A program made the position numbers and the translations under genes. Of a DNA stretch of 61,438 nucleotides, positions 54,079-61,438 are shown one piece after another (position 1 is the first letter of the stretch; each line of letters begins with the position of its first letter). The stretch comes from a bacterium (GTDB taxonomy: Bacteria > B130-G9). The notes under the pieces are model-generated. The model saw nothing but the letters and a program-made list of their open reading frames with translations. It was not told the DNA's origin and made no database searches. The stretch is taken from assembly GCA_021160245.1 (NCBI GenBank), contig JAGHCW010000202.1:1-61438 (forward strand), in the 5' to 3' direction.

Positions 54079-55641
54079 ATGAAAGTTGACGCTGGATTAG
54101 CCAATTCGTTATCTGTTTTAATTGTGATCATCTTGATCGCCCTCTGCCCCTTTGAGGCCTTTAGCAAGGAAGTTTCGGCTCCTCCCTCGAGCAGTTCAAG
54201 TGGCGACTCGAGCGGCGCAAATGAGGTGAGGGACGCTGTGTTTTCTGGCGCTTGGTATCCCTCCGACGCAAAGGAGCTTGCGCGGGTGGTTGATGGCTAC
54301 ATCAATGATGCGGCGAAATTAGCGCCTCAAAAGGGCAGACTCGTCGGCCTCGTTTCGCCTCACGCCGGTTTCGTCTATTCCGGCCCGGTCGCGGGATACG
54401 GCTATGAACTTCTCAAGGAACAGGCGCAGAAGCCCAGCACGATTATTCTGATTGGGCCATCGCATCGCTACCGTCTGTCCGGCGTCTCGGTCAATAATGT
54501 CGAGGATTATCGGACGCCTCTTGGTGTCATAGAGAATGACCGGGAACTGAGTGGTCAGATAATCAAGGCATCCAGCGGGCTCTTTGGCTACATCCCGAAC
54601 GCCCATGCGCGGGAGCATTCGCTCGAGGCGCAATTGCCATTTTTGCAACGGTCGCTTCCCAAGGGATTTAAGATCGTCCCGATTCTGGTAAATAACACAG
54701 ACCACTCGGAGAAGCTAGCGGCGATCCTCACCACGATACTTGGGATAAGAGACGACGTAATCGTTGTTGCCAGCAGCGATATGTCGCACTATTTGCCTTA
54801 TGATCAGGCAAAGCAGGTGGATGAGCAAACCCTCTCGATAATGGAGAAACTCGATGTTACGGGCCTTGAGCGAGGACTGAAAAGCGATAAGCTGAAGCTC
54901 TGTGGAGGCGCGGCCGTATTGACTTTGGCCAAGATTGGCAAGAGACTGGGGGCATCAAAGATGCTCAGGCTTTTTGCTGCAAATTCCGGAGATACGGGCG
55001 GTAGTCGGGAGACTGTGGTGGGCTACGGTAGCCTTGCGGTCTTTGCGACGGCAAGCGCCAGAAAGACGAAAGACGGGGGTAATAAGGTGGACGGACAGCT
55101 TTTAATCGACGAGAAGCGAGAGCTTCTCAAGATAGCCAGGGACACGATTGTCGAATACGTCCGGAATGGTCATGTCCCCAAAGTCAGGCCAACATCCGAG
55201 AATCTCAATATGAGGCGCGGGGCGTTTGTTACGATTAAAATGGACGGGATGCTTCGTGGCTGCATCGGTCGGTTCTCGCCGGTCTCTGAGCCGCTTTACG
55301 CGATTGTGCAGGAGATGGCGGTCGCCGCCTCGACCCAAGACCCTCGGTTTCGACCAGTGAGCCTCTCCGAGACGGAAGACATGGACATTGAGATATCCGT
55401 TCTGTCGGAGCTTAAAAAAATCGATGATATAAGCGAGATAAAGGTTGGCGTGCATGGGATTGAGATACAGAAGGGCCACAATAGAGGTGTGCTTTTGCCG
55501 CAGGTTGCGACCGAGCAAGGTTGGGACCGAACCGAATTCCTAGAGAATACCTGCCGAAAGGCATCTTTGCCCCGGGACGCCTACAAGAAGGGCGCTGCGA
55601 TATACATCTTCTCGGCGCAAGTATTTGGTGAAAAAGACTAG
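54079..55641 (+). CDS. fusion of MEMO1-family (AmmeMemoRadiSam protein B-like) and AMMECR1 (protein A-like) domains, with predicted N-terminal signal peptide
   Basis: 520 aa. Signal/anchor LSVLIVIILIALCPFEAFS followed by a Ser-rich linker. The Memo part has GAWYP, SPHAGFVYSG and GPSHR. The AMMECR1 part has RRGAFVTIKMDGMLRGCIG, DPRF and GVLLPQVA. Confidence 0.8.
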   Translation: MKVDAGLANSLSVLIVIILIALCPFEAFSKEVSAPPSSSSSGDSSGANEVRDAVFSGAWYPSDAKELARVVDGYINDAAKLAPQKGRLVGLVSPHAGFVYSGPVAGYGYELLKEQAQKPSTIILIGPSHRYRLSGVSVNNVEDYRTPLGVIENDRELSGQIIKASSGLFGYIPNAHAREHSLEAQLPFLQRSLPKGFKIVPILVNNTDHSEKLAAILTTILGIRDDVIVVASSDMSHYLPYDQAKQVDEQTLSIMEKLDVTGLERGLKSDKLKLCGGAAVLTLAKIGKRLGASKMLRLFAANSGDTGGSRETVVGYGSLAVFATASARKTKDGGNKVDGQLLIDEKRELLKIARDTIVEYVRNGHVPKVRPTSENLNMRRGAFVTIKMDGMLRGCIGRFSPVSEPLYAIVQEMAVAASTQDPRFRPVSLSETEDMDIEISVLSELKKIDDISEIKVGVHGIEIQKGHNRGVLLPQVATEQGWDRTEFLENTCRKASLPRDAYKKGAAIYIFSAQVFGEKD

Positions 55642-55681
55642 AAATGGATAGAAATTGCATTAGATATAAGGAAGCTCAATC

Positions 55682-57295
55682 GTGAGACAGACACTGCGTG
55701 GCGTTACATTAGTTCTCTTGGTCGCAATGTTTGCGGCAGTTGGAGTTGGCATAGGCTCGAATCTCGTCGCGCATTTTCGGAATCTCTTTCTCTATAATGA
55801 AGTATTGACCCTTGTCCAGCGTGATTACGTTGAGGAGGTCAAGCCGTCCGACCTCATAATGGAGTCCATTCGGGGAATGCTCAGAAGCCTCGACCCTCAC
55901 TCACAGCTGCTGGACGCCTCAATGGGCAAGGAGCTTAGGGACGATCAGAAGGGCAGCTTCTATGGTGTCGGGATACAGTTTGACATCATAAAAGGGATCC
56001 TGACCGTTATTGCGCCGATTGAGGATACGCCAGCATACAATGTCGGGATACTCGCGGGCGACCGAATAGTCGGCATAAATGGCAAGAACGCAAGGGGCAT
56101 CACAACTGCGGATGTAGTGAAGAAACTGAAAGGCCCCAAAGGCACGAAGGTGGCGGTTACTATAGAACGTGAGGGTGTTCCGGGCCAACTCGAATTCACG
56201 ATTGTTAGGGGTAAGATACCGACGTCGAGCGTTCCCTACTATTTCATGCTCACCGAGACGATTGGCTACATCCGATTGACGCGATTTGCGGGGACTACTG
56301 CGGCCGAGATGAGCGAGGGGATAGATGCATTGAGAAAACAGGGCATGAGTGAGCTGGTCCTCGATCTTCGCTACAACGGGGGCGGCCTCCTGAAGCAGGC
56401 CATTTACGTAAGCGATATGTTCCTGGACGAGGGGCTTCCTATAGTCTCGACAGTAGGGAGACTTCAAGAGGCCAACATAGTGTCATACGCCTCAAGCAGA
56501 ACCAAACTACCACATCCGCCGATTATTGTTTTGATCGATGAGGGCACTGCAAGCGGCTCCGAGATCGTCTCAGGGGCCATTCAGGACATGGACCGGGGCC
56601 TCATCATCGGGACACAGAGCTTCGGCAAAGGCCTCGTTCAGACAGTCTTCCAATTGCCCGAGGATTGGACTCTTGTCCTAACCACGCAGAGGTATCACAC
56701 GCCGTCCGGCAGATGTATCCAGAAGCCATACTCCAAATACGCAAGGTTCACAGGCGACCAGAAGGAGAGCGGAGATTCGGAGAAGATATACAAGTCACAG
56801 TCTGGCCGTGAGCTGCGAGGCGGCGGCGGTATCCATCCTGATGTCGTCGTGGAGTATGCCACAACTAGCACGCTGTTTAGGAATCTTCAGCGCAAGAATA
56901 TCTTCACTCTGTTCGGTCTGCATTATGCCGCTTTGCATAGAGACCTTCCGAGGGACTTTGAGATAACGGGCGAAATACTCGAAGATTTTGTGCAATTTGC
57001 GGCCGATAATGGGGTAGAGACTACGCCAGAGGAGCTCGTCAAGAAGCGAAAGGAATTTGTTGAGACCTACATTAAATTTCGCATAGTCCGATCGCTTTGG
57101 GGCAATACAGAGGCGGCGATAGTTTACGCGAAGGTTGATGATCATGTGCAAAGGGCGATTGAGCTGATGCCGGAGGCCAAGAGGATGCTTGATGAGGTTT
57201 ACTTGCCGTTCATTAAAAACAATCGCAAGCAGCATGAACAGCCCGCCCAAGAAGGGGCCGCCTCAATACCAGAATCGTCCGACGTTGCAGCATAG
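55682..57295 (+). CDS. S41-family C-terminal processing (tail-specific) peptidase with PDZ domain
   Basis: 537 aa. Motifs: GVGIQFD, GILAGDRIVGING, DLRYNGGG, TASGSEIVSGA. GTG start after AAGGAAG. Confidence 0.88.
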   Translation: MRQTLRGVTLVLLVAMFAAVGVGIGSNLVAHFRNLFLYNEVLTLVQRDYVEEVKPSDLIMESIRGMLRSLDPHSQLLDASMGKELRDDQKGSFYGVGIQFDIIKGILTVIAPIEDTPAYNVGILAGDRIVGINGKNARGITTADVVKKLKGPKGTKVAVTIEREGVPGQLEFTIVRGKIPTSSVPYYFMLTETIGYIRLTRFAGTTAAEMSEGIDALRKQGMSELVLDLRYNGGGLLKQAIYVSDMFLDEGLPIVSTVGRLQEANIVSYASSRTKLPHPPIIVLIDEGTASGSEIVSGAIQDMDRGLIIGTQSFGKGLVQTVFQLPEDWTLVLTTQRYHTPSGRCIQKPYSKYARFTGDQKESGDSEKIYKSQSGRELRGGGGIHPDVVVEYATTSTLFRNLQRKNIFTLFGLHYAALHRDLPRDFEITGEILEDFVQFAADNGVETTPEELVKKRKEFVETYIKFRIVRSLWGNTEAAIVYAKVDDHVQRAIELMPEAKRMLDEVYLPFIKNNRKQHEQPAQEGAASIPESSDVAA

Positions 57296-57328
57296 GCTTT
57301 CTGGTAAACTTCAAATCGGGCGCCCCCA

Positions 57329-59485
57329 ATGAATATCGCAGTTGATGCAAGAAGAATAAGCGATCGCCATGCCGGGATGGGTGTCTATACCCACAATCTT
57401 CTCCGGGCGATGCAGAAGATCGACAGCAAGAACCATTACACCCTATTCCTCAATCCGCTGAAGTCCAACAAGTTGGAATGCCAAGGCCCCAATTTCCGCC
57501 ATTACACCACGCCCATAACGATTGAGAACCACGTTGTCGGGGACCTTTGGCGCAATTTTTATCTGCCATATAGGCTGAAGATGGACGAGACGGACGTCTT
57601 CCACGATCCGGGCTACTTTCTGCCGATAATCTCCGGTGGCTACAAGTCGGTCGTAACGGTTCACGATCTTGTTGTCTTCACATTTCCCCAAACAAACAGC
57701 AAGAAGTACTTCTGGTACATGAGGCAAATGACCAAGATAGGAGTGCAGAAGGCAGACCTGATAATTGCGCTCTCATTCCACACAAAAGACGATTTGATTC
57801 GCATCCTGAAGGTCCCAGAGAGCAAGATTAGGGTCGTATATTCCGGCACAAACGAGACGCTTAGGCCCATGACCGATCCGAATCAGATTGCAGCCGCGAA
57901 GAAGAAGTTTGGCATTGACGCGCCCTACATACTCTGCGTCAACACGATTGAACCCCGTAAGAATCTTCCCAGGCTCTTAAGCGCATATCACCAGTTGAAG
58001 ATGGAGACGAATCTCGAGCATAAGCTCGTTGTCTGCGGGATGTTCGGGTGGCTGTACGGCGACGTATTCACGACGATTCGGGAGCTAGGCCTTATCGATT
58101 CGATCATCTTCACCGATTACGTGAGCGATGAGGACCTTCCCAGGCTCTACAGCGGGGCAGACCTATTCATATTCCCGTCGTTGTATGAGGGATTCGGATT
58201 GCCGGCCCTTGAGGCGATGGCGTGTGGCTCACCTGTCATAACCTCGACATCATCTTCGCTGCCGGAGATAGTCGGCGACGCGGCGATACTCATCAATCCC
58301 TATAAAACGGAAGAACTCGCGGCCGCCATGCACAAAGTCCTGACGGATGAGAAACTCCGAAATAGGATGAGAAAGGACGGCCTCGCCCGCGCAAGGCTCT
58401 TCAGCTGGGAGAAGACCGCCTCGCAGACACTGAGTATTTATGAGGAACTCTATTCAGCAAAGAAGCCGTCGATCAGCTTCTATTTTGACGATACTTATCT
58501 AAACAACGCCGTGAGAAGGCGTCCGCATCTCTCGATAATCATCGTCAACTGGAACGTCAGAGACCTTCTGCTCGATTGTCTGGCCTCGATAAAGGAGACA
58601 ATTGGCGATATCGCCCACGAGATAATCGTTGTGGACAACGCGTCAAGTGACGGCAGCGCAGATGATGTCAGATCGAACTATCCTGATGTCAAAGTGATTG
58701 CCAATGTCCGTAATGAGGGATTTGCGATGGCCAATAATGTTGCCGCAAAGAGAGCCATCGGAGAGTATATATGTTTTCTGAATCCCGATACAGTAGTGCA
58801 GCCGGGCGCGTTTCAGGAGATGATCGATTCGCTTGAGCGCGACGATCGTGCAGCCATCGTCGGACCGAGGCTCCTGAACGAGGACGGCTCGCTTCAACCA
58901 TCGGCCCGGAATTTCATAACCAACCTAAACCTGATGATGTCGCACCTCCTCTTCAAACCGATCTTCTCAAAGAGAGTCCGCGCAAGCCTCGTGTATGAGT
59001 ACTGGGACCATAACGAGACGAAGGCTGTCGATTGGCTCGTAGGCGCATGTCTGCTGTGTAGGAGGAAAGCGCTTGAGACTATCGGCCCATTTGATGAGGG
59101 CTACTTCATGTTCCATGAGGATACGGACCTCTGCTATCGCGCTCAAAAGGCCGGCTACAAGGTCCTCTTCGCGCACGAGGCGCGGGTCGTGCATTTTGGG
59201 GGCAAGTCGTGCGAGAAGCGATGGGGCGATTTCACCGTCCTAAAATATCTCGCCTCAAAGCACATATTCATTAGGAAGCACTACGGGCGTTTCGCTCTGT
59301 TTATGCACAGATTCCTTATCGTGGGTCTGGAGCTCGCACGGCTGATGGCTGCGTTCATAAACCACCTTTTTTCCAGGGCAAAGAAGGAGGAGACGAGGCG
59401 CGTGATAAAGTTCTATAGAACAGCCGTGATGCTTGAACTCGGATTCATCGATAGCCTCGACCTCGACGATCTCGCGGAGCGATAG
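57329..59485 (+). CDS. two-domain glycosyltransferase: N-terminal GT4 (GT-B) plus C-terminal GT2 (GT-A)
   Basis: 718 aa. The GT4 part has EGFGLPALEAMACGSPVITS. The GT2 part has LSIIIVNWN, VVDNASSDGS and EDTDLCYRAQKAGYKV. Confidence 0.85.
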   Translation: MNIAVDARRISDRHAGMGVYTHNLLRAMQKIDSKNHYTLFLNPLKSNKLECQGPNFRHYTTPITIENHVVGDLWRNFYLPYRLKMDETDVFHDPGYFLPIISGGYKSVVTVHDLVVFTFPQTNSKKYFWYMRQMTKIGVQKADLIIALSFHTKDDLIRILKVPESKIRVVYSGTNETLRPMTDPNQIAAAKKKFGIDAPYILCVNTIEPRKNLPRLLSAYHQLKMETNLEHKLVVCGMFGWLYGDVFTTIRELGLIDSIIFTDYVSDEDLPRLYSGADLFIFPSLYEGFGLPALEAMACGSPVITSTSSSLPEIVGDAAILINPYKTEELAAAMHKVLTDEKLRNRMRKDGLARARLFSWEKTASQTLSIYEELYSAKKPSISFYFDDTYLNNAVRRRPHLSIIIVNWNVRDLLLDCLASIKETIGDIAHEIIVVDNASSDGSADDVRSNYPDVKVIANVRNEGFAMANNVAAKRAIGEYICFLNPDTVVQPGAFQEMIDSLERDDRAAIVGPRLLNEDGSLQPSARNFITNLNLMMSHLLFKPIFSKRVRASLVYEYWDHNETKAVDWLVGACLLCRRKALETIGPFDEGYFMFHEDTDLCYRAQKAGYKVLFAHEARVVHFGGKSCEKRWGDFTVLKYLASKHIFIRKHYGRFALFMHRFLIVGLELARLMAAFINHLFSRAKKEETRRVIKFYRTAVMLELGFIDSLDLDDLAER

Positions 59486-59569
59486 CCCGGGTCTTCGGAG
59501 TGTGTCTGTCGCCGCAACCTGAAGCCGCTTGTGCGAATCAAACATACGCTCAACTTCGGCTAGGCACAA

Positions 59570-59772
59570 TCACACGGAGCTTGGGTCTAGGACCTCAAGG
59601 ACCTGCTTTGTGATCTTGGGGTGAAGCGTCCTCCCCGCATGAAACGGGACGACAATCCTCTGCTTTCCTTTCATGTATAGACGATGGTTCCTCTGCTAGA
59701 AATGAACCGAAAACCATTCTTAAGCAGCATCCGCTCGGCCTGTAGGGCGGTGATGCGAGGCAGCCTAGGCAA
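59570..59772 (-). pseudogene. hicA: hicA toxin gene with a 1-nt frameshift
   Basis: Minus strand from TTG 59772 reads MPRLPRITALQAERMLLKNGFRFISSRG, then an out-of-frame stop. The adjacent frame reads NHRLYMKGKQRIVVPFHAGRTLHPKITKQVLEVLDPSSV*. One extra A in AGAGGAACC restores a 67-aa HicA. Confidence 0.65.
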
Positions 59773-59988
59773 CAGTTACCTCGACGGATGTCGTTAATAT
59801 CTCAGTGCTTAAGACGTCGGCTCTTTCCTCCTCAGACAAAGTCTCTACATAGAGCGTGACTGCTTCCCGCATGTTCTGGACAATCTCGTCCAGACTATCT
59901 CCCTCGAGTGGCACCCATCCAATTCGGGACAATACGCGAAGTAGCCATGCTCATCCCTCTCGATCACAATGCTCACCTTATACGACAT
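59765..59988 (-). pseudogene. hicB: hicB antitoxin gene with a 1-nt frameshift
   Basis: ATG 59988 lies 6 nt after AAGGAG. MSYKVSIVIERDEHGYFAYCPELDGCHS is followed by a frame change to EGDSLDEIVQNMREAVTLYVETLSEEERADVLSTEILTTSVEVTVA*. Its stop overlaps the hicA start (GTTGCCTAG). Confidence 0.65.
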
Positions 59989-60115
59989 CCCGCGACTCCT
60001 TATCCGGTCGTTCTCTGCGTCTTAACCGAGCCCAAACCATAACATACGCCGCACATAAACAACAACTCGTCCGCCGCCTTGTCCGCCATAGCTTCAGCGA
60101 AGGCGAAAATCCCCA

Positions 60116-60260
60116 ATCCACAATCCGAATCTCCGCCTCAGTCAGGTCATACAGATCATAGACGAGACGGTCGATCTCGGCGTTTGTCGAGGCGATCTGC
60201 CGCCGCAAGAGCGTCTTGTCCTGCTCCGTCCGCACCTGGACCAAACGGGCCGCCACGGGA
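60116..60260 (-). pseudogene. C-terminal remnant of a type IIG / N6-adenine-methyltransferase-type restriction-modification gene
   Basis: Within ORF 59978..60319, the sequence RLVQVRTEQDKTLLRRQIASTNAEIDRLVYDLYDLTEAEIRIVD matches the characteristic ...eID.lVY.LYgLTeeEI.iVE tail of such enzymes. The rest of the ORF looks like read-through. Confidence 0.5.
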
Positions 60261-60281
60261 CTGCATGTATGGAAACTGGAT

Positions 60282-61160
60282 TCACTGGCAGCAACTTTCG
60301 GGAGCAATCTCAAATACATCTCTCAGCCAAGCGAATACCTCTGGGCAATGATCCAGATCCAATACGAATTCCTGCCCTCGTCCGACTGTCCGCAATACAA
60401 CTCCATCTGGGTCTAGTTCCCATCTGTTCTTATTGTTGTGATACGACAGTGCCAACCGGCCCTCACTCGGGTAGAAACATCTCGGCAATCGCCAGAAACT
60501 GCGTGTCTCTCCTGGTTTGGTCAGTTGGAGGCGATCGTAGAAATTGGGGAATATGCCGCCTCCTGCAATTGACCGATCGAGCCCAGGGATGCTCAATCGG
60601 TTCGATGCCACATATAGGGTGTTGTTTTTCCCCTTGGCATAGTAATGGTCTGCGGCCTTGACATGCGGATGCTCCGATGCCCATTTCGGCACATCATTGT
60701 TACCGGGGCGGGGATGATATATATCGTCAATCTGAAGCCAGCCGAATAGCGCATGTATGTCTGGGGCTTCTGAGAGGTACCCCACGCGCTCACTCACCTT
60801 GATCTCTCGAAACCACCCAAAGAATAAGAAAATATCCCCTTCGCCGACGCCTTGATTTCTTAGATGAGTTTGAGCAGCACCTGCCTGACCGAAGCACGGC
60901 CGCCAAGCGGCCGCTCTTGGGCACGTGCCTTCATTCAGGTCGGGGTCCAAGTGGACAAGGGATTCCGCGAGATTCGACGATGGGCTGAGCTGCCAGACTA
61001 GCTGGCTGAGCTCATAATTCCCGAACCGTAAACCGCCCAGCAGTCTACCACCCTCTTCTGAGGGTATGGGCAAGGAACAGAAGCTGCCATCAGGGAAGAT
61101 AGGGCTTGCCACCCCTCCATTTGCGGCATCAAAACCCTTGCGACTAAAAATAATCCTCAT
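60282..61160 (-). CDS. conserved hypothetical protein, possibly Nmad3-like (nucleotide-modification-associated domain)
   Basis: 292 aa, with GGGAGG 8 nt upstream of the ATG. The N-terminus MRIIFSRKGFDAANGGVASPIFPDGSFCSLPIP...LDPDL...GDIFLFFGWFR matches my recollection of that family. This is not verified. Confidence 0.4.
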   Translation of the reverse strand: MRIIFSRKGFDAANGGVASPIFPDGSFCSLPIPSEEGGRLLGGLRFGNYELSQLVWQLSPSSNLAESLVHLDPDLNEGTCPRAAAWRPCFGQAGAAQTHLRNQGVGEGDIFLFFGWFREIKVSERVGYLSEAPDIHALFGWLQIDDIYHPRPGNNDVPKWASEHPHVKAADHYYAKGKNNTLYVASNRLSIPGLDRSIAGGGIFPNFYDRLQLTKPGETRSFWRLPRCFYPSEGRLALSYHNNKNRWELDPDGVVLRTVGRGQEFVLDLDHCPEVFAWLRDVFEIAPESCCQ

Positions 61161-61163
61161 TCA

Positions 61164-61438
61164 TTATACCTCCCTTAAGTACAACATAATGCACCTTAAC
61201 TGGAATTGCCGTTTGACTTCATCCAGGCCATGGGGCGCCAAGCATTGTGAACGCTGGAAGTCGTCCTTGAACGCATCGGCATAGCCCGCCTCGTTGCTCA
61301 CATCCCACCCCAGCGCCTCGAACATGGGGTCAATGAACTCGACGCGAACCCGCGCCTCGTTATAGGAACCAGATCGATAGGAATCGATATTCTCGCCGAA
61401 CGTTTCGACGAGGCGCTTAATAGTATCGGGAGCTTGCA
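61164..61438 (-). pseudogene. N-terminal fragment of a type IIG-like R-M / N6-DNA-methyltransferase gene; 5' end off the window, and homology stops near 61263
   Basis: My translation reads ...QAPDTIKRLVETFGENIDSYRSGSYNEARVRVEFIDPMFEALGWDVSNEAGYADAFKD, then unrelated residues up to TAA 61164-61166, just before the next gene. Confidence 0.55.

Noticed and set aside
59978-60319. 113-aa minus-strand ORF as an intact gene
   Set aside because: Only a segment of about 45 aa resembles anything (the C-terminal tail of R-M methyltransferases), and the remainder looks like read-through. I treated it as a gene fragment.
1-61438. tRNA, rRNA, tmRNA, SRP RNA, prophage or IS elements
   Set aside because: I scanned the intergenic regions by eye. 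I found no cloverleaf-like or conserved-motif candidates, and no transposase, integrase or phage structural genes. A tRNAscan/Infernal run would be needed for certainty.

Overview
This is a 61.4-kb, gene-dense chromosomal segment from what looks like an anaerobic bacterium. I recognised no rRNA, tRNA or CRISPR array, and I cannot assign taxonomy from sequence alone. A housekeeping backbone (topA, ahcY, metK, tldD/pmbA, upp, recO, purD, purH, acpS) is interleaved with accessory blocks.

(i) 1-9400, minus strand: a HydABC/Bfu-type NuoE/NuoF flavoprotein operon with a six-gene sensory insert. The insert holds a HydS-like [FeFe]-hydrogenase-fold sensor, two DRTGG proteins, two GHKL ATPase/kinases and a PHP phosphoesterase. 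The operon ends in a NuoG-like subunit with no visible Mo active-site residue plus an NfnA-like subunit, rather than a catalytic hydrogenase.

(ii) 24.4-33.2 kb, minus strand: two exported metallophosphoesterases (one frameshifted), then a start/stop-overlapping cassette of MscS, SAM methyltransferase, radical SAM/SPASM, DUF1464 ASKHA ATPase and an RDD protein, then a DUF481 barrel.

(iii) 33.6-37.2 kb: an IclR regulator, a small unknown protein, a degenerate receiver, and an orphan CheA. The CheA carries an MshEN-like tandem motif (the c-di-GMP-receptor type) where the P2 domain normally sits.

(iv) Rubrerythrin plus a rubredoxin-GltS-like flavoprotein.

(v) Two decayed toxin-antitoxin/defence islets at 41.7-43.6 kb and 59.6-61.4 kb. 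They contain HicB/HicA genes, a HEPN-like gene split at a T6 run, and fragments of a type IIG-like R-M gene flanking a possible Nmad3-like gene.

(vi) An envelope block: a FliB-like CxxCxxCC protein with a GT87-like membrane glycosyltransferase, an apparently exported Memo-AMMECR1 fusion, an S41 protease and a GT4-GT2 fusion.

Several families of GC-rich palindromic (REP/MITE-like) repeats fill intergenic gaps.

The best candidates for an undescribed system are the radical-SAM cassette (27.7-32.0 kb), the sensor-embedded NuoEF/NuoG-like/NfnA operon, the MshEN-CheA module and the R-M-fragment/Nmad3-like locus. All functional calls rest on motif recognition by eye, not on database searches.
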